Shown piece by piece: positions 45,915 to 57,154 of a DNA stretch of 64,000 nucleotides. Position 1 is the stretch's first letter. Every line of letters begins with the position of its first letter. The notes beneath the pieces are model-generated. The model did not search any database, was not told the origin of the DNA, and saw only the letters and a list, made by a program, of their open reading frames with translations. The DNA comes from Bacillota bacterium. GTDB lineage: Bacteria > Bacillota > Ch66 > Ch109. Where the stretch lies: positions 1,280,001 to 1,344,000 of the forward strand of contig JBMNLH010000001.1 in NCBI GenBank assembly GCA_050952625.1, in the 5' to 3' direction. The translations under genes were made by a program, and so were the position numbers.

Positions 45915-46904
45915 GTGACTTCAGCTTTACTTGATCTTGCTTCTTCTGTGCTTCAGGAGTATGGCAAAAGACCTGACCAAGTTAGTCTAATCCAAAGTGG
46001 TGGGATTAAGACGGTTTGGAAAATACTAGCCAAAGGTGAAACCTTTTGCCTTAAAAGGCTTCGTCATAACAAAGAACGGGCGATGTTCTCAATCTATGCC
46101 CAAAAACACATGGCTGCTCAAGGTGCCAGAGTTCCCCAGATCTTTCCTAGCCTTAATAATGAAGATTACGTTGAGTATCAGGGTTATCTTTTTGTCCTTT
46201 ATGAATGGATAGAAGGGCGCAACTTGACTTTGTCCCGTGATTTATCAAGCGCGCTGGAGGGATTAGCCCAATTTCACCTCGACTCTGCTGGTTATGTTCC
46301 ACCCCCGGATTGTCGAGTTTCTTCCAAACTTGGTCGACTGGGTCATTATTATGCATCAGTCATCAAACGTTTTAGTGAATGGGAAAAAACAGCGCAAAGC
46401 AACCGGCAGAATCCCTTGTGCCAAGCATTTTTAAAAGAAGTACCCGGGATGTCCAGACTTGGTTTAGAATGCATTGATCTATTGGAAAAGTCTGCTTACC
46501 CCTCCTGGGTTGAAGAAATAAAGCAGCGGGGTAACCTGTGTCATCAGGACTACGGTGATGGAAATGCTATCCTTACCCCGAAAGGAGTATATGTTCTGGA
46601 CCTGGATGGGGTTACTTTTGATCTGCCTAGTCGTGACTTACGTAAAGTCATTATTAAAATGATGTCCAACCGTAACAGCTGGGATATAAAGCTGCTGAAA
46701 GATATGCTGAACTGGTACGAAAAAATAAACCCGCTGAATGAAGATAAACGCCGGGTATTATATATTGATTTACTGTTCCCCCACGAATTGCATGATACCG
46801 CTAAAAACTATTTCAAGAAAAACAAATCAATAAATGCTAGTGCCATAACTAGGGCAAGTGCCTTAGTGCGAAAAAAAAGCGAGATACTGTCAGGGTTAAT
46901 CTAG
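45915..46904 (+). CDS. CotS family spore coat protein
   Basis: Kinase-like fold, LCHQDY, YEKINPL…DLLFPH. Confidence 0.88.
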   Translation: MTSALLDLASSVLQEYGKRPDQVSLIQSGGIKTVWKILAKGETFCLKRLRHNKERAMFSIYAQKHMAAQGARVPQIFPSLNNEDYVEYQGYLFVLYEWIEGRNLTLSRDLSSALEGLAQFHLDSAGYVPPPDCRVSSKLGRLGHYYASVIKRFSEWEKTAQSNRQNPLCQAFLKEVPGMSRLGLECIDLLEKSAYPSWVEEIKQRGNLCHQDYGDGNAILTPKGVYVLDLDGVTFDLPSRDLRKVIIKMMSNRNSWDIKLLKDMLNWYEKINPLNEDKRRVLYIDLLFPHELHDTAKNYFKKNKSINASAITRASALVRKKSEILSGLI

Positions 46905-46906
46905 GA

Positions 46907-47944
46907 GTGGGTGATAAAATCATGAGTTCATCAGATACCAAAAGGTCAAAGATCTTAACTGAAGTTTTGGGGCAGTACAACTTAGCTGAAGCCCAAATAA
47001 TCGAATTAAGAGACAAAGGAAAAAAAACAGTCTGGCAAATAAATAAAAATGGTAAAAAAATGGTCTTAAAGAAAATGCCTACCTCTGTTACTCGAACCGA
47101 ATTTATCGTCGAGGCCACAGAGTTCCTGCTCAACAACAATGTCCGGGTTCCCAAGATAATCAAAAATAATAACCAGGAAAAATTTGTAGTTGCTGGTAGT
47201 GATGCCTATATCTTAATGAATTGGATTGACGGTAAGCAACCGGATTATCAGCGCAATCTAGAAGGCATCTTATCATCAATGGCCTTATTCCATCGAGGGT
47301 CTCGGGGTTTCATCCCAGCCGGAGAGGCTAATCGGCGAACTCATCTCGGCACTTGGCTGAAGAGTTATCAACAAAAGAAAAACTATTTACTAGCCTATGC
47401 TGAGCAGGCTAATAAGGAAAAAGGTAAAGATGCATTTACCGAACTTTTCTTACAGCACCTCAAACTGGCTGTCCAAAGAATTGATCAAGCGATTGAATTA
47501 CTTGAGAAATCGGACTATCAAGAATGGGTTAAAGACGTGGATCAGAATGGTTCGCTGTGTCACCAGGACTTTACCCCCAAAAATCTTCGTCTAAGTTCGA
47601 ATGGGGATATTACTGTCTTTGATCTTGATTCAATAACCGTTGATCTCCCCGCTCGCGATTTAAGAAAAATATTCAACAAGGTCTTAAAAAAAGAAGGAAC
47701 CGGCAAGGAACGGTTAATCAAGCGGATGGTAGATTCATATCAAGCCTGCAATCCGCTTACCAGTAGTCAATGGGAAGTCGTGGTGGCGGATCTCCTATTT
47801 CCGCACCTATTTTTTGGTATTGTCGATAAGTATTATCGCCACCGAGCTCCTGACTGGGATTTCGGAAAGCATCTGAAAACACTCAAGCAGGCAATTCGCA
47901 CTGAAGAGCATAAGGAGACAATAGGCTTGCCGAAGCTAATGTAG
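46907..47944 (+). CDS. CotS family spore coat protein
   Basis: LCHQDF, DLPARDLRK, DLLFPH. Confidence 0.88.
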   Translation: MGDKIMSSSDTKRSKILTEVLGQYNLAEAQIIELRDKGKKTVWQINKNGKKMVLKKMPTSVTRTEFIVEATEFLLNNNVRVPKIIKNNNQEKFVVAGSDAYILMNWIDGKQPDYQRNLEGILSSMALFHRGSRGFIPAGEANRRTHLGTWLKSYQQKKNYLLAYAEQANKEKGKDAFTELFLQHLKLAVQRIDQAIELLEKSDYQEWVKDVDQNGSLCHQDFTPKNLRLSSNGDITVFDLDSITVDLPARDLRKIFNKVLKKEGTGKERLIKRMVDSYQACNPLTSSQWEVVVADLLFPHLFFGIVDKYYRHRAPDWDFGKHLKTLKQAIRTEEHKETIGLPKLM

Positions 47945-48105
47945 ATACCACCGGTTTAGACACATCCTTAATGCATCGAACATAATATATATCAGCCGTA
48001 AAACAAAAATGTTGAATTGCTAATTGCTGATGAGCGTGATTATTGTGAATTGCTTTTCGAGTTTACCGCTTTTCAAGTCAGTACTATCAAGGAGGGTTTG
48101 CTGTT

Positions 48106-48633
48106 ATGCGTTCCATTGGAGGAACAAAACTTAAATCAAGTCTGAAACCATATAGAGAAATTATCACCAAAGCAACCTGTGGCGATGCCAAAAAAGTGTT
48201 TCGAATTAACCAGCTAATTCCCGTCCCAGAGGGACATTACCCCACCCAGATACTGGGAACAACCATTACTAAACTTCAGCTAGCAACCGAAACCAGCCTC
48301 AGTGACACAATGTATAAACCAGAACCGGGTATTCAAATCGGCGGCTCATTTGAAATACATGTCTGGTATGCCCATAAGAATGGTAAAGCCACTGAAATAG
48401 TAAGACAAATCGTCCAATTTACGGAAACTATCCCAGTAACAGATTTCGATCATAATATCTTAAACCTACTAGACGCGAAAGTCGAAGTGATGAAGAGTCC
48501 GGAATGTCTGGAGACCTCAATAACGAAAGAGAATAAAATTAAGGTGGAAGTAGAAATTGGGGTATACGCGGAAATAGTTGGGGAAACCAAAGTCGCGGTC
48601 TATACTTATCAATCCGATGAAGATGATGATTAA
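48106..48633 (+). CDS. cotE: Outer spore coat protein CotE homolog
   Basis: REIITKA.CG, G.FEIHVWY, EIVGETKV; SigK-like GACACA-N16-CATAATATA upstream. Confidence 0.85.
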   Translation: MRSIGGTKLKSSLKPYREIITKATCGDAKKVFRINQLIPVPEGHYPTQILGTTITKLQLATETSLSDTMYKPEPGIQIGGSFEIHVWYAHKNGKATEIVRQIVQFTETIPVTDFDHNILNLLDAKVEVMKSPECLETSITKENKIKVEVEIGVYAEIVGETKVAVYTYQSDEDDD

Positions 48634-48775
48634 GGGACAGTGCGACATAAGGGACAGGGGGACAGGTTAACTGTCCCTTTCTGCTCTTAAGATCACTTTG
48701 GTGAGTCCCAGTGGCTGGAAACAAAAAAAGGACCTTGCTGATCAATCGACCGGCAAAGTCCTTTTGTTTAATTGG

Positions 48776-49981
48776 CTACTCCACTTGCTCCTCAGGTTCG
48801 CTGCTGCCTGTTTCTTTTTCTTCTACTTGCTGGTTTAACATATCATAGACTTCCATTATTTCTTGAGCGACCCGTCCCCAATGGTATTTTTCTTCTGCTA
48901 GCTTTCTCCCCCGGTGCCCCATGGCGAGAGCAGTTTCGGAGTTCTCCAGGAGATAATTGATCGCTGCCGCGAACTCCTGACCGTTTTTATATTCCTTAAT
49001 AACCATCCCGTTACCGTAACCCTCAATCACTTCCGGGTTGCCGCCCCGGGCGGTGGTGATTATCGGTAACCCAGCCGCCATCCCCTCGTAGTGGATTCTG
49101 GCCAGTGGTTCCTGCCACTGTGAGGCACAAACAAAAACATCACCGCAGGCATAGAACTCAACCACTTGTTTGGGGGGGATAAAACCGGTAAAGATAACCT
49201 GTTTTTCCGGTAGTTCTTTAGCCAAACGATGGACATAAGCAACATACTCATCTACCTTATTACTCCCGTACCACTTGCTGCCTACTACCAATAAGATTGT
49301 TTGAGGATGCTGACGCAGGACCTCTTGCATCGCTTCAATAACCAGGTGGACTCCCTTCTTCTTAGAAAATCTGGTAACCAACAAGACTACTTTTCCGTTT
49401 CCGATGCCAAATTGACGTTTTATTCTATCTCTAATTTCCCTGGCTTCTTCCGTCCAAACCGGGTAAAAATCAGCCGGGTTTACCCCGGAATAAATGGTCC
49501 GTACTTTACCAACAGCTACCGGATATTTAATCTCGACGGTGTTTTTGATAAAATTACTAACGGTAATTACCTGGTCCACTGTTTCCAGACAAAAGCAAGC
49601 TTCTTCCTGGGTAATTTTATTGGCCGCAAACATCTCATTATGCAGGCTTAAGATAAATTTACTTTCTGGGGAGGCTTGGTAGAATGTACGAAACGATTTG
49701 GGTCGATTAAAAATGTGCACCAGATCAAACTTTCTTCTAGTTAATTCTTCTGCAACGAGGGCTACATATTTTTGCTTACTTTTACTGCTCACGGGAATTC
49801 GAAAGTATTCCACCTGATTCACAACTTCCTGATCTTTCAATTTGGGGTGGGCAATTGAAAAAACGGTAACCTGGTGCTTCTTGGCCAAAAATGGCACTAT
49901 TCCCTCAATGTAAAGTTGAATTGCCCCTCCCTGAATTGGGGGAACTGGTAGTTTTTCACTGCAGACTAAAGCAACCTTCAT
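48776..49981 (-). CDS. GT4 glycosyltransferase, CotSA-like
   Basis: EKLPVPPIQGGAIQ, QWQEPLARIHYEGMAAG. Confidence 0.88.
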   Translation of the reverse strand: MKVALVCSEKLPVPPIQGGAIQLYIEGIVPFLAKKHQVTVFSIAHPKLKDQEVVNQVEYFRIPVSSKSKQKYVALVAEELTRRKFDLVHIFNRPKSFRTFYQASPESKFILSLHNEMFAANKITQEEACFCLETVDQVITVSNFIKNTVEIKYPVAVGKVRTIYSGVNPADFYPVWTEEAREIRDRIKRQFGIGNGKVVLLVTRFSKKKGVHLVIEAMQEVLRQHPQTILLVVGSKWYGSNKVDEYVAYVHRLAKELPEKQVIFTGFIPPKQVVEFYACGDVFVCASQWQEPLARIHYEGMAAGLPIITTARGGNPEVIEGYGNGMVIKEYKNGQEFAAAINYLLENSETALAMGHRGRKLAEEKYHWGRVAQEIMEVYDMLNQQVEEKETGSSEPEEQVE

Positions 49982-50023
49982 GACATCACCATACCCATCT
50001 TAGACTTTTTTGGCACCTGATCG

Positions 50024-51355
50024 TTACCGTCCAACCGAACAGTAAGTAAAACCTTGCTGCTTCATTAACTGGGGATCAAAGATATTTCTGCCATCAATAA
50101 TGATCTGACCGGTCATCAGGTTTTTCACTTGATTCAAGTTAATGTTCATGAATTCTTTCCATTCGGTTAAGATGAGTAAGGCCTCGACCCCCTGGACTGT
50201 TTCATATGGGTCCTGGCCATAATCTAGATCTGGGTGAATTCTTTTAAAATTAGGCATCGCCACCGGATCGAAAGCTTTTATTCGACAACCAACCTCTTTG
50301 AGGCATTGGACTATGTCTAGGGCGGGGCTTTCCCTGATATCATCTGTATCCGGTTTAAAGGACAGACCCCAGATGCCAATTGTCAGTCCGGGCTTGACTG
50401 GTAATAGCTCAAATAGTTTTTGCAGTAAATTGTGCCGCTGCTTGAGGTTTACCCGGACTACTGATTGAAGCAAATTCATTTCACAACCCAACTGCTTCCC
50501 CGTTGCAATAAGGGATTTAATATCTTTAGGCAGGCAGGAACCCCCGTACCCAACACCAGCCTTTAAAAACTGCGGCCCTATTCTAGAATCATAGCCAATT
50601 CCCTCGGCTACCTTATTGATATCACCCCCGACCTTCTCACAGATACCGGCTATTTCGTTAATAAAGGATATTTTAGTCGCCAGAAAAGCATTGGAAGCAT
50701 ATTTAATTAACTCCGCATTCTCCCAGGTCGTAATCACTATTCTTTTGGAAATAGGTTCATAGATATCAGCAAGTATTCTTGCCTCTGAGGTTCGTTCAGT
50801 CCCGATAATAACTCGATCCGGATATAAAAAGTCGTAAATAGCACTACCCTCTCGCAAAAACTCGGGATTTGTCAGCAAGGCGAAGTTATGCCCCTTTTGT
50901 TGCCCGAGCAAGGTCTCTTTAAATAAACGGGTACCGCCAACTGGAACGGTACTTTTTAAGATTATTGTTTTAAAGTTGTTAAGGTATTGGCTAATCTCCC
51001 TAGCTACCTGTAAAACCCGGGACAAATCTGCCGAACCGTCTGCCCGATTGGGAGTATCTACGGCGACAAAAACTAGTTCCGCACCATTCATCCCCTCTTC
51101 CAGGCGGCTAGTAAATCCAATTTTTTCAGCAAGCTTGGCCTGAGCAACCGCTTCCGCTAATCCTGGTTCAAAAATGGGGATTCCACCACTTTTTAAACAG
51201 GTGACTTTTTCCTGGTCCCGGTCGACCAGGACCACCTTGTGTCCAAAATTAGCTAAACATGTGCCGGCTACAAGGCCCACATAGCCGGCGCCAATTACAC
51301 AAATTTGCACCCTGTAACACCTACCCTGTTGATACTCTGTTCCGACCCTATTCAA
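50024..51355 (-). CDS. UDP-glucose 6-dehydrogenase
   Basis: GAGYVG, NPEFLREG, GYGGSCLPKD. Confidence 0.93.
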   Translation of the reverse strand: MNRVGTEYQQGRCYRVQICVIGAGYVGLVAGTCLANFGHKVVLVDRDQEKVTCLKSGGIPIFEPGLAEAVAQAKLAEKIGFTSRLEEGMNGAELVFVAVDTPNRADGSADLSRVLQVAREISQYLNNFKTIILKSTVPVGGTRLFKETLLGQQKGHNFALLTNPEFLREGSAIYDFLYPDRVIIGTERTSEARILADIYEPISKRIVITTWENAELIKYASNAFLATKISFINEIAGICEKVGGDINKVAEGIGYDSRIGPQFLKAGVGYGGSCLPKDIKSLIATGKQLGCEMNLLQSVVRVNLKQRHNLLQKLFELLPVKPGLTIGIWGLSFKPDTDDIRESPALDIVQCLKEVGCRIKAFDPVAMPNFKRIHPDLDYGQDPYETVQGVEALLILTEWKEFMNINLNQVKNLMTGQIIIDGRNIFDPQLMKQQGFTYCSVGR

Positions 51356-51376
51356 TTAGTCCCCGCTTTAAGCTAA

Positions 51377-52321
51377 TCATTGTGAAAATCTTCTCAAAAA
51401 CCATTTCACTTGGTTGTTTAGCCCCTGTTCCAGTAATACTTTAGGTTGATAATTCAATAATCTGCTGGCTTTCGTTAAATCTGCCCGGGTATTGATCGGG
51501 TCACCCTTTTGTCCTTCAAGGTATTGAATTTTCAATTCTTTGCCGGTAATTTTCTGTAAAATTGATATTGCCTCAAAAAGAGTAGCCTGACATCCCCCGC
51601 CGACATTGATAACCTCACCACTAGCATTGGATTTGGCGGCCGCTATGGTTGCCTCCACTATGTCGTCTACGTAAGTAAAGTCCCTTGTTTGTTGCCCGTC
51701 ACCGTAGATAGCGAATTCTGCTTCTTCCATAAGGCAGTGAATTATTTTCGAAAAGGCCATATCTGGCCTTTGGCGAGGTCCATAAACAGTAAAATAACGC
51801 AAAGCAACATATGGTATTTGATAGTTTTCCCGGTAGGCCTGACAGATCTGTTCAGCCGCTAACTTGGTTACGCCATAGGGAGAAATTGGCCGGGGCAAGA
51901 CCGCTTCGCTCATCGGTAAGGCACAAGTTCCGTAAACTGATGAGCTTGAAGCATAAACAAATTTTTGAATACCACTTTCCTTTAGAGCCTCTAACAGCAC
52001 CTGAGTGGTTAATACATTACGATCAAGGTAGTCCTGAAAGCTATGTCCCCAGCTTAGTCTCACCCCCGGCTCACCAGCTAAATGAAAACAAAAATCTATA
52101 TCCTTCAGTAATAAAGACAGATTCACCTCGAGTAAATCGACTTCCCAGAAAGTAAAGTTTGGCTCATTCAATAACTTGGCAAGGTTTTGCTTCTTTAGTG
52201 CTGGATCATAGTAGCTAGTAAACGAATCAATACCAACCACCATTATTCCATCAGCAATCAGTTTTTCAGCTAAATGAGAACCGATAAAACCGGCTACTCC
52301 GGTAATCAGACATTTACTCAT
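51377..52321 (-). CDS. NAD-dependent epimerase (YtcB-like)
   Basis: GVAGFIG, YGVTK, RYFTVYGPRQRPDM. Confidence 0.92.
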   Translation of the reverse strand: MSKCLITGVAGFIGSHLAEKLIADGIMVVGIDSFTSYYDPALKKQNLAKLLNEPNFTFWEVDLLEVNLSLLLKDIDFCFHLAGEPGVRLSWGHSFQDYLDRNVLTTQVLLEALKESGIQKFVYASSSSVYGTCALPMSEAVLPRPISPYGVTKLAAEQICQAYRENYQIPYVALRYFTVYGPRQRPDMAFSKIIHCLMEEAEFAIYGDGQQTRDFTYVDDIVEATIAAAKSNASGEVINVGGGCQATLFEAISILQKITGKELKIQYLEGQKGDPINTRADLTKASRLLNYQPKVLLEQGLNNQVKWFLRRFSQ

Positions 52322-52574
52322 AACACACCTCTCTCATATGACTACCACATTCTATGTTATTAACTGCAGTAGGGTTCCAGTTCTAACGGTCTTATCCAGC
52401 ATCAGCGGGACACTGCTGGCTGAAAAATGAAAAGTATATTTGCCACGTCACCTTTTTATGCACACTTTTGACAGACAAAACGTATTATATTAACGCGAGA
52501 GTTATTAACGGAGGGTGAAATGAGCGGGCCGGAACTAACCGGAAGATAAGCTTTGTAAGATAGGAGGAGTTAAG

Positions 52575-53084
52575 GTGAAGAGAACCGCGGGATCAGAAAA
52601 AAATAGAGAAATAATCACCAAGGCCATCTGCGGAACAGCCAAAAAAGATTTTCGTCATACCCACTATATTGATTTACCTAAAGACATTGTTCCAGACCAA
52701 ATATTGGGATGCTCGGTAACGCAGTTACGCTTACAGCAGCCAAAGGTCCAGGAAAAAAATCTGGTTGACAGGGCGATTGAGATTGGAGGCTCTTATGAAG
52801 TTCACATCTGGTACGCCCTGAACAATGGCAAAACAACTGATGTCTTACGTTGTCCGATTGATTTTAAAGACTCGATTCAGATGGACTATTACGACCACCA
52901 GAGCACTGGCTTATTTGATATTCGAACAACAGTGATCAAGAGTCCTCGGGTGCTTGAATCAGTAATCACTAAAGATAACCGAATTAAGTTAGTCCTTGAA
53001 TTGGGGATTTATGTTGAAGTAGTTGGCGAGACTAAAATTACCGTTCGGGTGCTTGTCCCGGAAAACGATGAGGATGATGATTGA
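52575..53084 (+). CDS. cotE: Second CotE homolog
   Basis: REIITKAICG, EVHIWY, EVVGETKI. Confidence 0.85.
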   Translation: MKRTAGSEKNREIITKAICGTAKKDFRHTHYIDLPKDIVPDQILGCSVTQLRLQQPKVQEKNLVDRAIEIGGSYEVHIWYALNNGKTTDVLRCPIDFKDSIQMDYYDHQSTGLFDIRTTVIKSPRVLESVITKDNRIKLVLELGIYVEVVGETKITVRVLVPENDEDDD

Positions 53085-53194
53085 TAAAAATCTGGCTTTT
53101 TATTTGTAAGTGCCAAATTTAATGACACCGAAACCCCAGCCCGATGTCCCGTACCCCGTTTAATGGACAGTAAAAACGTATAGTATACTGAACA

Positions 53195-53350
53195 TCAAAC
53201 GGGGTACGGGGCAAAGTGCCCAGTTTGCGGGTCGTAATACCTGGCCCCGAAGTAGTACAGCCCCGAGGAGTCCATCTCCTTGCCCACAAACTTCATTATG
53301 TCGTCGGTACCTTCGGTCTTTACCACTAATCCAAAGGGGGAGTACTCCAT
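53195..53350 (-). pseudogene. RHS repeat-associated core fragment
   Basis: MEYSPFG…KFVGKEMDSSGLYYFGARYYDPQTGHF; 51 aa, below the ORF-track cutoff. Confidence 0.8.
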
Positions 53351-53529
53351 AGCTGTTCAATCGATTGTATCAATAGATAATTCAATAGTTTTAGGAGGTT
53401 ACCGCTATATAACACGAGGATAAACCCTAAGACATTTAAGAAAAAACCAGAAAAAGACCCACTAAACCCCGTGTTCCATTGGCACGGGGTTTAAGCATTA
53501 AAGTCAATGTTTTAATTGTTATTTTATAA

Positions 53530-55466
53530 TTAGTATGCTTTAATCGTAGGAATCTTTAACCGTTTTCCAGCTAACAGTTCGCCATCCAGACCAGGGTTTG
53601 CTTCCATTATTTCCGCTACCGTGATTTGATAAGCGGCCGCAATCTTTGGCCAGGTATCGTCGGGTTGAATAAGGTAATAGCGGGCCATATTAGTTTGCCG
53701 TCTCCCTGCATGACCCCTGGCTGGTCTTGAAGGTCCAGCTAACTTTCTTCCAGGAACAGGATCAATCCCTTGAATAGACTCTATAACCTCCGAATCTAAA
53801 CTAGCAATCGTCTTTTGGGTTGGTGTTTCCGTCGCTTTCGGTCGGCCCAGTGGCCTCGGTCGGTTTAACTGGGGAGTTAAAAGAATACCCGGCTCAACCC
53901 CACTAATTTCCCCTCTTTTTCTGGCTAAATGTGCTTCTCGTTCTGCCCGGCCGGGCCGACGACGAGCAAGGGAGCCGGTTCGATAGCTTATACCAACTGG
54001 ACCATAATCGACTTGAGCAGTCAGAGCATTGTCGGTATCTTGGTCTTGCTCAAAAACAACAGACTCCGGCGTTTCTACCGCCTCTCCATTTACCGCCTCT
54101 TCAACTACCGCCTCTCCATCTACCGCCTCTTCGATGACTACTACCTCTGCCAAGGTCTTAGTTTCTGCAGTTTCATGGGTTTCATCTAGCAATTCATCAA
54201 CAGACAGCAATTCATCAACAGTCTCGACTAATTCGGGTATTTCCTCTACTTTTTCCTCTGTCGGCACTTCACTTTCACTTTGTTTTATAAACTCAGGCTG
54301 TTCTATTAGCTCAGGTGTCTGCTCAAATGACGGCTGGTTTGGCCAATCTATTTCTGTTTCGTCTGAAATATTATCCAAAGTATTGTCTTGAGCAGCATCT
54401 GCTGTATAAAACTTGTCAAGATCAATTGCATCCGCCAGCTCCACCGGGATTTCCCGGATAAAGGTCTCCGGGGTTTGAGCTGAGTCCACGGTCAGCTCTA
54501 ATTCAGCTTCTCGATTGACTGCCATGTCTTCATTCGTTTCCGCAGATCTTTTATCAACCGCACTTTCAATTATTTGTTCAGACGTATCTTCAAGGGTTTC
54601 CTCAAATTTTTCCTCAACCATATCTTCAAAGGCTCCCTCATCAAAACCCTCAACTTGAAGTTCTTCCCATTCCTGAACCGCAAAACTGTTTTCTGGTTCC
54701 TCAACATTTAGTACATTTGCCGTTGAAAATTCCGGCTCGGACCATTCTACGGCGGCCGAAATTGTTGGCGCCTCGGCTTCCATAGTCTGCAACAATTGAG
54801 CCTGGAGCCCTGACCGAGCCCTCCTCAGCCAGTTCATTAAATACCGGTTGATCTGAGGCTATTAATGAGTATTTCAACTTGTAGATTGAGCACCCGAGAA
54901 CCAATGATTCGACACTCGACGTTTTCCACCTTAGGAATCAAGTGAATAACGTCTTCCTCTCCTGGATGAACATTACTAATAGTCAGATAAAAAGGAATTC
55001 GATGCCGAATACACTGAGCCCCAGCCGAGGTCTCCCTAGGCTCTCCTAAAACTTCCAAAACCGATGAATCTGCCGAATCATCTTCCTTATCCTCAATTGC
55101 TTCAATACTTGATTCTTGGATTACTAGCTCGGCTAGATCTAAAAAATAGTCATCAAGGACTGCCTTGTTTTCTGTTTCCGTTTCATTATTAAAACCTGTT
55201 ATTTCTCCTTCAAATTGAATTGGGTCATAATAGATAAGAGCTTCCAAAAAACCAAAAACTCCAAAAACTTCCCCATTCCGTTCACTGCTTGAGATTTCTG
55301 GAGTAAGCACTACTCCAGTAACGGTCCTGGGAGCTGGCATCTCATAGGGCACCCGGATTCTAACTTTAATTGAACCCTGTCCAGTCCCCTGCCATCCCGG
55401 CTGCTTTCCATTTTCCGCAATACCGTTAGATCTAATCTGATTTATATGTTCCTCAAATCCCGTCAA
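53530..55466 (-). CDS. SpoVID-like morphogenetic protein (N-terminal domain, acidic linker, LysM); split in two ORFs
   Basis: Acidic central region; C-terminal LysM YYLIQPDDTW..IA; located beside a YsxE/CotS-like gene. Confidence 0.65.
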
Positions 55467-55607
55467 AACGCCTCTCTCCCTTCCACCCAGTTTATCTAAA
55501 CTTCCTGGTCAACGTATGAAAACCACCCAACTTTATTAACACAATGCCCTGCTGTTCCGTATAATAAAGTAGCTAAAACCAAGGGATTTCGAGAGGAGGA
55601 GTAAGCT

Positions 55608-55985
55608 TTGTCTTATCCCTGCGGCCGTCATATTATTGCAGAACTTTATCAATGCAATCCCTTAATTCTTAACGATTTATCCAGTATTCAAGGAATTCTA
55701 ATTGAGGCAGCAGTACAGGCTGGGGCAGAAGTCCGTGATTTTGCCTTCAAAAAGTTGTCACCGTCTAGACTCTGCGGGGTAATGATCATTTCTGAATCCC
55801 ATCTAGCAATTCACACTTTCGCGGACCTGAGATATGCTTCGCTAGATATCTATACTTTCAGTCAACGGATTAATCCCGATGAGGCTTATTATTATATTGC
55901 TAATCAGCTCCAGGCCTCCTGGTCACTGGTTAAAGAACTCCACCGTGGATATGGGGAAATCCAAGAAAAATTATTGGACTACTAA
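55608..55985 (+). CDS. speD: S-adenosylmethionine decarboxylase proenzyme
   Basis: GRHIIAEL, ISESHLAIHT. Confidence 0.85.
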   Translation: MSYPCGRHIIAELYQCNPLILNDLSSIQGILIEAAVQAGAEVRDFAFKKLSPSRLCGVMIISESHLAIHTFADLRYASLDIYTFSQRINPDEAYYYIANQLQASWSLVKELHRGYGEIQEKLLDY

Positions 55986-56014
55986 GGAACTACAACAAGG
56001 CACTACAGCTCAAA

Positions 56015-57043
56015 TCATAAACACTGCTGGATAAAATCTTGGTGGAGAGGCAGTTCTAACAATGCCTGCCGGAGACTATGGATATGCTCTTGAGAATTTG
56101 GCTCGCCTTCAAGATAATAAGCCCGACTGATTTGCCAAAAACGTTGGGGAAAACTTAAATAAGCCATAAGCACCTCTAAATGACGGGGATCTAAATATAA
56201 TTCCTTATTATATGTTTTGAGGAGATTTCTTGTCAGATCCAAATCCCAACCGTAACACGGAAGCACGCGGGCGAATAACTCTGCCAAATCAAACAGATGG
56301 ATATCCAATAGACAGTTGTCAAAATTGACAACATACACACCCTTGCCTCGAGTTCGAATCAGGTTACGGCCGGTATAGTCATGATGGCAAAGACTACCCT
56401 CCGCTCGGGCTTCCTCTACCAATTCTTGATATGGAGAATCAACAATCATTTCTAAGGTGATGCGGGCCTGCTCTAGAACCTGATCGGCTTCGGATAAAAA
56501 TAGAATATCAAATTCCGATGGTCGATCCTTAGTCTCAGCCAACTTAAGACATTCTTCCAATTCTAACAAGCGTAAGCTGAAAAAATCTGGCCAAAGACCC
56601 CAAGATTCCCGAGTTGGCACCATTGGCGGCATAAAACCTTTAGCCGACGCCTGCATCCTAGCTAAGGTAGCTACTGCTTCCTCCAGATGAGACCATCTGC
56701 CAAGCTGTAATTCCTTGCCTTTTATCCATTTGGTCAAGTAATACGTATGATCGTTCAGCCGGACAAAAGCATCGCCATATTTAGTGAGAATGAATGGCGA
56801 GACCTGAGAGAATCCCTGCTTAATTAAGTACCTCATACCAGCATCAGCTAACATAATAGCCTCTGGGTCGGATTGGGTTACTTTTAAGAATCGGGGTCCG
56901 GAGCGGGTTTCTATTTTATACCCCCCCTGAACTACTTGAACCTTCACAGCCGGTAAGTCATACTCCCAGAGGACGGTGTCATTTAACTGCTCTTTTAACT
57001 CAACTGGCAATATGTCACATTTCTTTTCCACCCTGACCACCAC
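56015..57043 (-). CDS. CotS family spore coat protein
   Basis: LCHHDY, YLSFPQRFW. Confidence 0.85.
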   Translation of the reverse strand: MVVRVEKKCDILPVELKEQLNDTVLWEYDLPAVKVQVVQGGYKIETRSGPRFLKVTQSDPEAIMLADAGMRYLIKQGFSQVSPFILTKYGDAFVRLNDHTYYLTKWIKGKELQLGRWSHLEEAVATLARMQASAKGFMPPMVPTRESWGLWPDFFSLRLLELEECLKLAETKDRPSEFDILFLSEADQVLEQARITLEMIVDSPYQELVEEARAEGSLCHHDYTGRNLIRTRGKGVYVVNFDNCLLDIHLFDLAELFARVLPCYGWDLDLTRNLLKTYNKELYLDPRHLEVLMAYLSFPQRFWQISRAYYLEGEPNSQEHIHSLRQALLELPLHQDFIQQCL

Positions 57044-57154
57044 CCTCTTGTCTCAAGATCCTCTTCTTTTCAAAGATATGCCACTTAGAGAAAAAAAATG
57101 AGACCAATAGATTATTCCTATCTGTAACCATTTGGCCCTTTTTTGCATACCCTG

